DNA of 64,000 nt from the human T2T-CHM13v2.0 reference genome, Homo sapiens: NCBI RefSeq assembly GCF_009914755.1, contig NC_060948.1. One strand, given 5' to 3'. The translations under genes and the position numbers were made by a program. Under the pieces are notes generated by a model. It was not told where the DNA came from. It saw only the letters and a list, made by a program, of their open reading frames with translations, and made no database searches. Below, piece after piece: positions 13,601-27,924 of this stretch; positions within the stretch are counted from its first letter, which is position 1, and each line of letters starts with the position of its first letter.

Positions 13601-14187
13601 ATTAAATGGAAATGAATCAAATTGAATAGCACGGAATTGAATTGAATGGAATGGAATGCAATGGAATCTAATGAAACGGAAAGGAAAGGAATGGAATGGA
13701 ATGGAATGGGCTGGAATGGAAACGAATCGAAACGAATGGAATGGAATCGAAGTGAAGAGACTGGAATGGAATGCACTGGAATGGAAGGGAGTGTAATGGA
13801 AGGTTCTCGAAAAAAATGGAATCGAATGGAATGGAATTGAATGGAACGGAATAGAGTCGAATGGAATTGAATGGAATGGAATGGACTAGAGTGAAATGGA
13901 ATCGAACCACAAGGAATGGACAGGAATAGAATGGTCTCGAATTGAATGGAATCGTATGGAATGGCATCAAACGGAATGGAATGGACAGCCACGGAATGGA
14001 ATGCACTCGAATGCAATGGAGTCGAAACTAATGGACTGGAATAGAATGGACTCGACTGGTACGGACTCCAATGGAATGGAATCGAATGGAAGGGAATCGA
14101 ACGGAATGGACTCGAAGGGAAAAGACTGCAATGGAAAGGTCTCGAATGGAATGGAAATTAATGGAATGGAATGGAATCGAATGAAAT
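10664..14187 (+). repeat. DYZ1 unit U4 (3524 bp)
   Basis: Landmark spacing; lacks one GGCATCAAATGGAAT copy and has a shorter pure GGAAT tract. Confidence 0.92.
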
Positions 14188-17100
14188 GGAGTCAAAAGGA
14201 ATGGAATCGAATGGCAAGAAATCGAATGTAATGGAATCGCAAGGAATTGATGTGAACGGAACGGAATGAAATGGAATCCAAAGGAATGGAATAGAATGGA
14301 ATGGAATCGAATGGAAAGGACTCGAATGGAAATCACTCGAATAGAATGCAATTTAATAAAATAGGATCAAATGTAATGGAATGGAATGGAAAGGAACCGA
14401 AACGAAAGGAATGGAGACAGATGGAATGGAATGGAACAGAGAGCAATGGTATAGAATGGAATGGAATCATCTGGAATGGAATTGAATGGAATGGAATAAT
14501 ATGAAATGGAATGGAATGGAATGGAATGGAATGCCCTTGAATTAAATGGACTGGACTCGAACAGAGTGGAATGGAAAGTGTTGAGATAGAATGGAATGGA
14601 CTCCTTTGGAATGGTCTAGTATGCAATGCAATCGACTGGCAGGGAATCAAAAGGAATGTAATGGAATGGATTGGACTGGAATGCAATGGACTCGAATAGA
14701 TTGGAAACGGAATGCAAAGGAATGGAATGGAATAGTATGGAATGGAAAGAAATGGAATGGAAAGGATTCGAATGGAATGCAATCGAATGGAATGGAATCG
14801 AACGGAATGGAATAAAATGGAAGAAAACTGGCAAGAAATGGAATCGAAAGGAATGGAGTGTTATGGAAGGGACTCAAAAGGAATTGAAAGTAATAGAATG
14901 GAGTGGAGTGGACTCGAATATAATGGACTGGAATGGAATGAAATCACATGGAATGGGAACGAATGGAATGGAATGGAAAGGAATGGAATCGAATGGAAAG
15001 GAATCGAATGGAAGGGAATGCAATTGAATCAACAGGAATGGAAGGGAATAGAATAGACTGTAATGGAATGGACTCGAATAGAATGGACACGAATGCTCAA
15101 ATTAAATGGACTCGAATGGAATGGAAACGAAAGGAATGTCATCGAATGGAATTGAATCGATTGGAATGAAATCGCATAGAATGGAGTGGAATCAAATGGA
15201 ATTGAATCGAAAGGAAAGGAAGCGAATGGACTGAAATGAAATGGAATGGAATTGAATGGAAAGTAATGCAATGGAATAGAATGGAACGGAATTTCACGGA
15301 ATGGAATCAAACTGAATGGAATCAAATCAATGGAATCAAATCAAATGGAATGGAAAGGAATTGAATGGAGTAGATTGGATTGGATGGGATTGGAATGAAA
15401 TGTACTGGAAAGGACTCGAATTTCATGAAACGGAATGGAATGAATTGGAACGGAATGGACTCGAATGGAATGGAATGTCATGGAATGGCATCAAATGGAA
15501 TGGCATCAAATGGAATGGAATCGAATGCAATGGAATGCTATGGAATGGAATGGAATGCATTGGAATGGAATGTCCTCTAATGGAATGGATTCGAGTGGAA
15601 TGGAATCGAATATAATGGAGTCGAGTGAAATGGAATTGAAAGGAATGGGATCGAATACAATGGAATATACTGGAATGTAATGTAATGAACTCGAATGTAA
15701 TTGACTGGAATGGAATGTACATGAATGGAATGTAATCGAATGGAAAGTAATCCAATGGAATAGAATCTAATGCAATAAAATCGACTCAGATAGAGTAGAA
15801 TGTAATGGAATGGAGTGCAGTGCAATGGAATGGAATGGAATGGAATGCAATGGAATGGAATGGGATGGAATGGAATGGAATGGAATGGGATGGAATGGTA
15901 TGGAATGGATAGTAATGGACTGGAGTGAAATGGACTGGAAAGGAATGGACTCAAATTGAAAGGGCTCGAAAGGAATGGAGTCAAATGGAATGGTCTGGAA
16001 TGGAATGAACACGAATGTAATGCAACCCAATGGAATGGAATCGAATGGCATGGAATATAAAGAAATGGAATCGAAGAGAATGGAAACAAATGTAATGGAA
16101 TTGAATGGAATGGAATTGAATGGAATGGGAACGAATGGAGTGAAATTGTATGCAGTAGAAGGGAATAGAATGGAATGCAAGCGAAAGGAAAGGAATGGAT
16201 TGGAATGGAATGGAATTCATTGGAATGGAAGGGAATGTAGTGTAATGGACAGGCCTGGAATAAAGTGGAATGCTACGGTCTCGAATGGAATAAAAATGTA
16301 TGGAATGGAATGCAATGAAACGGAATCGAATGTCATAGAATGTAATGGAATGCAAAAAAATGGAATCCAAAATCATTGACTGGAAAGGCTGGGTGTCGAA
16401 AGGAATTGACTCCAATGGAATGGAATCGAATGGAATGGAAGTGAATAGAATCGAACTAAATCGAATGGAATGGAATTGATAGGAACGGAATGGAAAGGAA
16501 TGCAATGATTTGGCATGGAATGGAATCGAATGGCATCGAATGGAATGGAATGGAATGCAATGGAATGGAATGTATTAGAATGTAATGAACTTTAATGGAA
16601 TGTACTCGAATGGATTCGACTGGAATGGAATGTTCTGGAAGTGAATGGACTCCAATGGAATGGATTCAAAAGGAATGGAATCGTACGGAATGGAATTAAA
16701 TGGAAATGAATCAAATTGAATAGCACGGAATTGAATTGAATGGAATGGAATGCAATGGAATCTAATGAAACGGAAAGGAAAGGAATGGAATGGAATGGAA
16801 TGGGCTGGAATGGAAAGGAATCGAAACGAATGGAATGGAATCGAACTGAAGAGACTGGAATGGAATGCACTGGAATGGAAGGGAGTGTAATGGAAGGTTC
16901 TCGAAAAAAATGGAATCGAATGGAATGGAATTGAATGGAACGGAATAGAGTCGAATGGAATTGAATGGAATGGAATGGACTAGAGTGAAATGGAATCGAA
17001 CCACAAGGAATGGACAGGAATAGAATGGTCTCGAATTGAATGGAATCGTATGGAATGGCATCAAACGGAATGGAATGGACAGCCACGGAATGGAATGCAC

Positions 17101-17281
17101 TCGAATGCAATGGAGTCGAAACTAATGGACTGGAATAGAATGGACTCGACTGGTACGGACTCCAATGGAATGGAATCGAATGGAAGGGAATCGAACGGAA
17201 TGGACTCGAAGGGAAAAGACTGCAATGGAAAGGTCTCGAATGGAATGGAAATTAATGGAATGGAATGGAATCGAATGAAAT
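14188..17281 (+). repeat. DYZ1 unit U5, internally deleted (3094 bp)
   Basis: 440-bp deletion with junction near 14741-14750, plus a 15-bp deletion near 16690. Confidence 0.92.
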
Positions 17282-20200
17282 GGAGTCAAAAGGAATGGAA
17301 TCGAATGGCAAGAAATCGAATGTAATGGAATCGCAAGGAATTGATGTGAACGGAACGGAATGGAATGGAATCCAAAGGAATGGAATAGAATGGAATGGAA
17401 TCGAATGGAAAGGACTCGAATGGAAATCACTCGAATAGAATGCAATTTAATAAAATAGGATCAAATGTAATGGAATGGAATGGAAAGGAATCGAAACGAA
17501 AGGAATGGAGACAGATGGAATGGAATGGAACAGAGAGCAATGGTATAGAATGGAATGGAATCATCTGGAATGGAATTGAATGGAATGGAATAATATGAAA
17601 TGGAATGGAATGGAATGGAATGGAATGACCTTGAATTAAATGGACTGGAATGGAATGGACTCGAACAGAGTGGAATGGAAAGTGTTGAGATAGAATGGAA
17701 TGGACTCCTATGGAATGGTCTAGTATGCAATGCAGTCGACTGGCAGGGAATCAAAAGGAATGTAATGGAATGGATTGGACTGGAATGCAATGGACTCGAA
17801 TAGATTGGAAACGGAATGCAAAGGAATGGAGTGGAATAGTATGGAATGGAATGGAAAGGAATGGAGTGGAATAGACTAGAGTGGAATGGAATGGACTGGA
17901 AAGCAATGGACTGGAATGGAACTTTCTTGAATGGACTGGAATCAAACGGAATGGAATGCAATGCAATCAAATGGCATGGAATAAAATAGAATGAAAGAGA
18001 ATCAAATGGAATTGAATCGAATGGAATCGAATGGATTGGAAAGGAATAGAATGGAATGGAATGGAATTGACTCAAATGGAATGGACTAGAATGGAATGGA
18101 TTCGAATGGAAGGCAAAGGAATGGAATCTTGGAATGGACTGTAATGGAATGGAATGGAAGGGATTGGAATGGACTCGAATGGAATGGACTGCAATAGAAA
18201 GGATTCGAATGGAATGAAAAAGAATTGAATGGAATAGAACAGAATGGAATCAAACCGAATGAAATGGAATGGAATAGAAAGGAATGGAATGAAATGGAAT
18301 GGAAAGGATTCGAATGGAATGCAATCGAATGGAATGGAATCGAACGGAATGGAATAAAATGGAAGAACACTGGCAAGAAATGGAATCGAAATGAATGGAG
18401 TGTTATGGAACGGACTCAAAAGGAATTGAATGTAATAGAATGGAGTGGAGTGGACTCGAATATAATGGACTGGAACGGAATGAAATCTCATGGAATGGGA
18501 ACGAATGGAATGGAATGGAAAGGAATGGAATCGAATGGAAAGGAATCGAATGGAAGGGAATTAAATTGAATCAACAGGAATGGAAGGGAATAGAATAGAC
18601 GATAATGGAATGGACTCGAATAGAATGGACACGAATGCTCAAATTGAATGGACTCGAATGGAATGGAAACGAAAGGAATGTCATCGAATGTAATAGAAAC
18701 GTTTGGAATGAAATCGCATAGAATGGAGTGGAATCAAATGGAATTGAATCGAAAGGAAAGGAAGCGAATGGACTGAAATGAAATGGAATGGAATTGAATG
18801 GAAAGTAATGCAATGGAATAGAATGGAACGAAATTTCACGGAATGGAATCAAACTGAATGGAATCAAATCAATGGAATCAAATGAAATGGAATGGAAAGG
18901 AATTGAATGGAGTAGATTGGATTGGATGGGATTGGAATGAAATGTACTGGAAAGGACTCGAATTTCATGAAACGGAATGGAATGAATTGGAACGGAATGG
19001 ACTCGAATGGAATGGAATGTCATGGAATGGCATCAAATGGAATGGCATCAAATGGAATGGAATCGAATGCAATGGAATGCTATGGAATGGAATGGAATGC
19101 ATTGGAATGGAATGTCCTCTAATGGAATGGATTCGAGTGGAATGGAATCGAATATAATGGAGTCGAATGAAATGGAATTGAAAGGAGTGGGATCGAATAC
19201 AATGGAATATACTGGAATGTAATGTAATGAACTCGAATGTAATTGACTGGAATGGAATGTACATGAATGGAATGTAATCGAATGGAAAGTAATCCAATGG
19301 AATAGAATCTAATGCAATAAAACCGACTCAGATAGAGTAGAATGTAATGGAATGGAGTGCAGTGCAATGGAATGGAATGGAATGGAATGCAATGGAATGG
19401 AATGGAATGGAATGCAATGGAATGGAATGGAATGGAATGGGATGGGATGGAATGGTATGGAATGGATAGTAAAGGACTGGAGTGAAATGGACTGGAAAGG
19501 AATGGACTCAAATTGAAAGGGCTCGAAAGGAATGGAGTCAAATGGAATGGTCTGGAATGGAATGAACACGAATGTAATGCAATCCAATAGAATGGAATCG
19601 AATGGCATGGAATATAAAGAAATGGAATTGAAGAGAATGGAAACAAATGGAATGGAATTGAATGGAATGGAATTGAATGTAATGGGAACGAATGGAGTGA
19701 AATTGTATGCAGTAGAAGGGAATAGAATGGAATGCAAGTGAAAGGAAAGGAATGGATTGGAATGGAATGGAATTCATTGGAATGGAAGGGAATGTAGTGT
19801 AATGGACAGGCCTGGAATAAAGTGGAATGCTACGGTCTCGAATGGAATAAAAATGTATGGAATGGAATGCAATGAAACGGAATCGAATGTCATAGAATGT
19901 AATGGAATGCAAAAAAATGGAATCCAAAATCATTGACTGGAAAGGCTGGGTGTCGAAAGGAATTGACTCCAATGGAATGGAATCGAATGGAATGGAAGTG
20001 AATAGAATCGAACTAAATCGAATGGAATGGAATTGATAGGAACGGAATGGAAAGGAATGCAATGATTTGGCATGGAATGGAATCGAATGGCATCGAATGG
20101 AATGGAATGGAATGCAATGGAATGGAATGTATTAGAATGTAATGAACTTTAATGGAATGTACTCGAATGGATTCGACTGGAATGGAATGTTCTTGAAGTG

Positions 20201-20853
20201 AATGGACTTCAATGGAATGGATTCAAAAGGAATGGAATCGTACGGAATGGAATCTAATGGAATGGAATTAAATGGAAATGAATCAAATTGAATAGCACGG
20301 AATTGAATTGAATGGAATGGAATGCAATGGAAACTAATGAAACGGAAAGGAAAGGAATGGAATGGAATGGAATGGGCTGGAATGGAAAGGAATCGAAACG
20401 AATGGAATGGAATCGAACTGAAGAGACTGGAATGGAATGCACTGGAATGGAAGGGAGTGTAATGGAAGGTTCTCGAAAAAAATGGAATCGAATGGAATGG
20501 AATTGAATGGAACGGAATAGAGTCGAATGGAATTGAATGGAATGGAATGGACTAGAGTGAAATGGAATCGAACCACAAGGAATGGACAGGAATAGAATGG
20601 TCTCGAATTGAATGGAATCGTATGGAATGGCATCAAACGGAATGGAATGGACAGCCACGGAATGGAATGCACTCGAATGTAATGGAGTCGAAACTAATGG
20701 ACTGGAATAGAATGGACTCGACTGGTACGGACTCCAATGGAATGTAATCGAATGGAAGGGAATCGAACGGAATGGACTCGAAGGGAAAAGACTGCAATGG
20801 AAAGGTCTCGAATGGAATGGAAATTAATGGAATGGAATGGAATCGAATGAAAT
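17282..20853 (+). repeat. DYZ1 unit U6 (3572 bp)
   Basis: Landmark spacing; many private substitutions. Confidence 0.92.
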
Positions 20854-23800
20854 GGAGTCAAAAGGAATGGAATCGAATGGCAAGAAATCGAATGTAATGG
20901 AATCGCAAGGAATTGATGTGAACGGAACGGAATGGAATGGAATCCAAAGGAATGGAATAGAATGGAATGGAATCGAATGGAAAGGACTCGAATGGAAATA
21001 ACTCGAATAGAATGCAATTTAATAAAATAGGATCAAATGTAATGGAATGGAATGGAAAGGAATCGAAACGAAAGGAATGGAGACAGATGGAATGGAATGG
21101 AACAGAGAGCAATGGTATAGAATGGAATGGAATCATCTGGAATGGAATTGAATGGAATGGAATAATATGAAATGGAATGGAATGGAATGGAATGGAATGC
21201 CCTTGAATTAAATGGACTGGAATGGAATGGACTCGAACAGAGTGGAATGGAAAGTGTTGAGATAGAATGGAATGGACTCCTTTGGAATGGTGTAGTATGC
21301 AATGCAATCGACTGGCAGGGAATCAAAAGGAATGTAATCGAATGGATTGGACTGGAATGCAATGGACTCGAATAGATTGGAAACGGAATGCAAAGGAATG
21401 GAATGGAATAGTATGGAATGGAATGGAAAGGAATGGAGTGGAATAGACTAGAGTGGAATGGAATGGACTGGAAAGCAATGGACTGGAATGGAACTTTCTT
21501 GAATGGACTGGAATCAAACGGAATGGAATGCAATGCAATCAAACGGCATGGAATAAAATAGAATGAAAGAGAATCAAATGGAATTGAATCGAATGGAATC
21601 GAATGGATTGGAAAGGAATAGAATGGAATGGAATGGAATTGACTCAAATGGAATGGACTAGAATGGAATGGATTCGAATGGAAGGCAAAGGAATGGAATC
21701 TTTTGGAATGGACTGTAATGGAATGGAATGGAAGGGATTGGAATGGACTCGAATGGAATGGACTGCAATAGATAGGATTCGAATGGAATGAAAAAGAATT
21801 GAATGGAATAGAACAGAATGGAATCAAATCGAATGAAAAGGAATGGAATAGAAAGGAATTGAATGAAATGGAATGGAAAGGATTCGAATGGAATGCAATC
21901 GAATGGAATGGAATCGAACGGAATGGAATAAAATGGAAGAAAACTGGCAAGAAATGGAATCGAAATGAATGGAGTGTTATGGAACGGACTCAAAAGGAAT
22001 TGAATGTAATAGAATGGAGTGGAGTGGACTCGAATATAATGGACTGGAATGGAATGAAATCACATGGAATGGGAACGAATGGAATGGAATGGAAAGGAAT
22101 GGAATCGAATGGAAAGGAATCGAATGGAAGGGAATGAAATTGAATCAACAGGAATGGAAGGGAATAGAATAGACGGTAATGGAATGGACTCGAATAGAAT
22201 GGACACGAATGCTCAAATTGAATGGACTCGAATGGAATGGAAACGAAAAGAATGTCATCGAATGGAATTGAATCGATTGGAATGAAATCGCATAGAATGG
22301 AGTGGAATCAAATGGAATTGAATCGAAAGGAAAGGAAGCGAATGGACTGAAATGAAATGGAATGGAATTGAATGGAAAGTAATGCAATGGAATAGAATGG
22401 AACGAAATTTCACGGAATGGAATCAAACTGAATGGAATCAAATCAATGGAATCAAATCAAATGGAATGGAAAGGAATTGAATGGAGTAGATTGGATTGGA
22501 TGGGATTGGAATGAAATGTACTGGAAAGGACTCGAATTTCATGAAAAGGAATGGAATGAATTGGAACGAAATGGACTCGAATGGAATGGAATGTCATGGA
22601 ATGGCATCAAATGGAATGGCATCAAATGGAATGGAATCGAATGCAATGGAATGCTATGGAATGGAATGGAATGCATTGGAATGGAATGTCCTCTAATGGA
22701 ATGGATTCGAGTGGAATGGAATCGAATATAATGGAGTCGAATGAAATGGAATTGAAAGGAATGGGATCGAATAGAATGGAATATACTGGAATGTAATGTA
22801 ATGAACTCGAATGTAATTGACTGGAATGGAATGTACATGAATGGAATGTAATCGAATGGAAAGTAATCCAATGGAATAGAATCTAATGCAATAAAATCGA
22901 CTCAGATAGAGTAGAATGTAATGGAATGGAGTGCAGTGCAATGGAATGGAATGGAATGGAATGCAATGGAATGGAATGGAATGGAATGGAATGGGATGGA
23001 ATGGTATGGAATGGACAGTAATGGACTGGAGTGAAATGGACTGGAAAGGAATGGACTCAAATTGAAAGGGCTCGAAAGGAATGGAGTCAAATGGAATGGT
23101 CTGGAATGGAATGAACACGAATGTAATGCAATCCAATAGAATGGAATCGAATGGCATGGAATATAAAGAAATGGAATCGAAGAGAATGGAAACAAATGGT
23201 ATGGAATTGAATGGAATGGGAACGAATGGAGTGAAATTGTATTCAGTAGAAGAGAATAAAATGGAATGCAAGTGAAAGGAAAGGAATGGATTGGAATGGA
23301 ATGGAATTCATTGGAATGGAAGGGAATGTAGTGTAATGGACAGGCCTGGAATAAAGTGGAATGCTACGGTCTCGAATGGAATAAAAATGTATGGAATGGA
23401 ATGCAATGAAACGGAATCGAATGTCATAGAATGTAATGGAATGCAAAAAAATGGAATCCAAAATCATTGACTGGAAAGGCTGGGTGTCGAAAGGAATTGA
23501 CTCCAATGGAATGGAATCGAATGGAATGGAAGTGAATAGAATCGAACTAAATCGAATGGAATGGAATTGATAGGAACGGAATGGAAAGGAATGCAATGAT
23601 TTGGCATGGAATGCAATCGAATGGCATCGAATGGAATGGAATGGAATGCAATGGAATGGAATGTATTAGAATGTAATGAACTTTAATGGAATGTACTCGA
23701 ATGGATTCGACTGGAATGGAATGTTCTGGAAGTGAATGGACTCCAATGGAATGGATTCAAAAGGAATGGAATCGTACGGAATGGAATCTAATGGAATGGA

Positions 23801-24387
23801 ATTAAATGGAAATGAATCAAATTGAATAGCACGGAATTGAATTGAATGGAATGGAATGCAATGGAATCTAATGAAACGGAAAGGAATGGAATGGAATGGA
23901 ATGGAATGGGCTGGAATGGAAAGGAATCGAAATGAATGGAATGGAATCGAAGTGAAGAGACTGGAATGGAATGCACTGGAATGGAAGGGAGTGTAATGGA
24001 AGGTTCTCGAAAAAAATGGAATTGAATGGAATGGAATTGAATGGAACGGAATAGAGTCGAATGGAATTGAATGGAATGGAATGGACTAGAGTGAAATGGA
24101 ATCGAACCACAAGGAATGGACAGGAATAGAATGGTCTCGAATTGAATGGAATCGTATGGAATGGCATCAAACGGAATGGAATGGACAGCCACGGAATGGA
24201 ATGCACTCGAATGCAATGGAGTCGAAACTAATGGACTGGAATAGAATGGACTCGACTGGTACGGACTGCAATGGAATGGAATCGAATGGAAGGGAATCGA
24301 ACGGAATGGACTCGAAGGGAAAAGACTGCAATGGAAAGGTCTCGAATGGAATGGAAATTAATGGAATGGAATGGAATCGAATGAAAT
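20854..24387 (+). repeat. DYZ1 unit U7 (3534 bp)
   Basis: Landmark spacing. Confidence 0.92.
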
Positions 24388-27300
24388 GGAGTCAAAAGGA
24401 ATGGAATCGAATGGCAAGAAATCGAATGTAATGGAATCGCAAGGAATTGATGTGAACGGAACGGAATGGAATGGAATCCAAAGGAATGGAATAGAATGGA
24501 ATGGAATCGAATGGAAAGGACTCGAATGGAAATCACTCGAATAGAATGCAATTTAATAAAATAGGATCAAATGTAATGGAATGGAATGGAAAGGAATCGA
24601 AACGAAAGGAATGGAGACAGATGGAATGGAATGGAACAGAGAGCAATGGTATAGAATGGAATGGAATCATCTGGAAAGAATTGAATGGAATGGAATAATA
24701 TGAAATGGAATGGAATGGAATGGAATGGAATGCCCTTGAATTAAATGGACTGGACTCGAACAGAGTGGAATGGAAAGTGTTGAGATAGAATGGAATGGAC
24801 TCCTTTGGAATGGTCTAGTATGCAATGCAATCGACTGGCAGGGAATCAAAAGGAATGTAATGGAATGGATTGGACAGGAATGCAATGGACTCGAATAGAT
24901 TGGAAACGGAATGCAAAGGAATAGAATGGAATAGTATGGAATGGAATGGAAAGGAATGGAGTGGAATAGACTAGAGTGGAATGGAATGGACTGGAAAGCA
25001 ATGGACTGGAATGGAACTTTCTTGAATGGACTGGAATCAAACGGAATGGAATGCAATGCAATCAAACGGCATGGAATAAAATAGAATGAAAGAGAATCAA
25101 ATGGAATTGAATCGAATGGAATCGAATGGATTGGAAAGGAATAGAATGGAATGGAATGGAATTGACTCAAATGGAATGGACTAGAATGGAATGGATTCGA
25201 ATGGAAGGCAAAGGAATGGAATCTATTGGAATGGACTGTAATGGAATGGAATGGAAGGGATTGGAATGGACTCGAATGGAATGGAGTGCAATAGAAAGGA
25301 CTCGAATGGAATGAAAAAGAATTGAATGGAATAGAACAGAATGGAATCAAATCGAATGAAATGGAATGGAATAGAAAGGAATGGAATGAAATGGAATGGA
25401 AAGGATTCGAATGGAATGCAATCGAATGGAATGGAATCGAACGGAATGGAATAAAATGGAAGAAAACTGGCAAGAAATGGAATCGAAAGGAATGGAGTGT
25501 TCTGGAACGGACTCAAAAGGAATTGAATGTAATAGAATGGAGTGGAGTGGACTCGAATATAATGGACTGGAATGGAATGAAATCACATGGAATGGGAACG
25601 AATGGAATGGAATGGAAAGGAATGGAATCGAATGGAAAGGAATCGAATGGAAGGGAATGCAATTGAATCAACAGGAATGGAAGGGAATAGAATAGACGGT
25701 AATGGAATGGACTCGAATAGAATGGACACGAATGCTCAAATTGAATGGACTCGAATGGAATGGAAACGAAAGGAATGTCATCGAATGGAATTGAATCGAT
25801 TGGAATGAAATGGCATAGAATGGAGTGGAATCAAATGGAATTGAATCGAAAGGAAAGGAAGCGAATGGACTGAAATGAAATGGAATGGAATTGAATGGAA
25901 AGTAATGCAATGGAATAGAATGGAACGAAATTTCACGGAATGGAATCAAACTGAATGGAATCAAATCAATGGAATCAAATCAAATGGAATGGAAAGGAAT
26001 TGAATGGAGTAGATTGGATTGGATGGGATTGGAATGAAATGTACTGGAAAGGACTCGAATTTCATGAAACGGAATGGAATGAATTGGAACGGAATGGACT
26101 CGAATGGAATGGAATGTCATGGAATGGCATCAAATGGAATGGCATCAAATGGAATGGAATCGAATGCAATGGAATGCTATGGAATGGAATGGAATGCATT
26201 GGAATGGAATGTCCTCTAATGGAATGGATTCGAGTGGAATGGAATCGAATATAATGGAGTCGAATGAAATGGAATTGAAAGGAATGGGATCGAATACAAT
26301 GGAATATACTGGAATGTAATGTAATGAACTCGAATGTAATTGACTGGAATGGAATGTACATGAATGGAATGTAATCGAATGGAAAGTAATCCAATGGAAT
26401 AGAATCTAATGCAATAAAATCGACTCAGATAGAGTAGAATGTAATGGAATGGAGTGCAGTGCAATGCAATGGAATGGAATGGAATGCAATGGAATGGAAT
26501 GGAATGGAATGGAATGGAATGGAATGGAATGGGATGGAATGGTATGGAATGGATAGTAATGGACTGGAGTGAAATGGACTGGAAAGGAATGGACTCAAAT
26601 TGAAAGGGCTCGAAAGGAATGGAGTCAAATGGAATGGTCTGGAATGGAATGAACACGAATGTAATGCAATCCAATAGAATGGAATCGAATGGCATGGAAT
26701 ATAAAGAAATGGAATCGAAGAGAATGGAAACAAATGGAATGGAATTGAATGGAATGGGAACGAATGGAGTGAAATTGTATGCAGTAGAAGAGAATAGAAT
26801 GGAATGCAAGCGAAAGGAAAGGAATGGATTGGAATGGAATGGAATTCATTGGAATGGAAGGGAATGTAGTGTAATGGACAGGCCTGGAATAAAGTGGAAT
26901 GCTACGGTCTCGAATGGAATAAAAATGTATGGAATGGAATGCAATGAAACGGAATCGAATGTCATAGAATGTAATGGAATGCAAAAAAATGGAATCCAAA
27001 ATCATTGACTGGAAAGGCTGGGTGTCGAAAGGAATTGACTCCAATGGAATGGAATCGAATGGAATGGAAGTGAATAGAATCGAACTAAATCGAATGGAAT
27101 GGAATTGATAGGAACGGAATGGAAAGGAATGCAATGATTTGGCATGGAATGGAATCGAATGGCATCGAATGGAATGGAATGGAATGCAATGGAATGGAAT
27201 GTATTAGAATGTAATGAACTTTAATGGAATGTACTCGAATGGATTCGACTGGAATGGAATGTTCTGGAAGTGAATGGACTCCAATGGAATGGATTCGAAA

Positions 27301-27924
27301 GGAATGGAATCGAACGGAATGGAATCTAATGGAATGGAATTAAATGGAAATGAATCAAATTGAATAGCACGGAATTGAATTGAATGGAATCGAATGCAAT
27401 GGAATCTAATGAAACGGAAAGGAAAGAATGGAATGGAATAGAATGGGCTGGAATGGAAAGGAATCGAAACGAATGGAATGCAATCGAACTGAGGAGACTG
27501 GAATGGAATGCACTGGAATGGAAGGGAGTGTAATGGAAGGTTCTCGAAAAAAATGGAATCGAATGGAATGGAATTGAATGGAACGGAATAGAGTCGAATG
27601 GAATTGAATGGAATGGAATGGACTAGAGTGAAATGGAATCGAACCACAAGGAAAGGACAGGAATAGAATGGTCTCGAATTGAATGGAATCGTATGGAATG
27701 GCATCAAACGGAATGGAATGGACAGCCACGGAATGGAATGCACTCGAATGCAATGGAGTCGAAACTAATGGACTGGAATAGAATGGACTCGACTGGTACG
27801 GACTCCAATGGAATGGAATCGAATGGAAGGGAATCGAACGGAATGGACTCGAAGGGAAAAGACTGCAATGGAAAGGTCTCGAATGGAATGGAAATTAATG
27901 GAATGGAATGGAATCGAATGAAAT
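24388..27924 (+). repeat. DYZ1 unit U8 (3537 bp)
   Basis: Landmark spacing. Confidence 0.92.
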
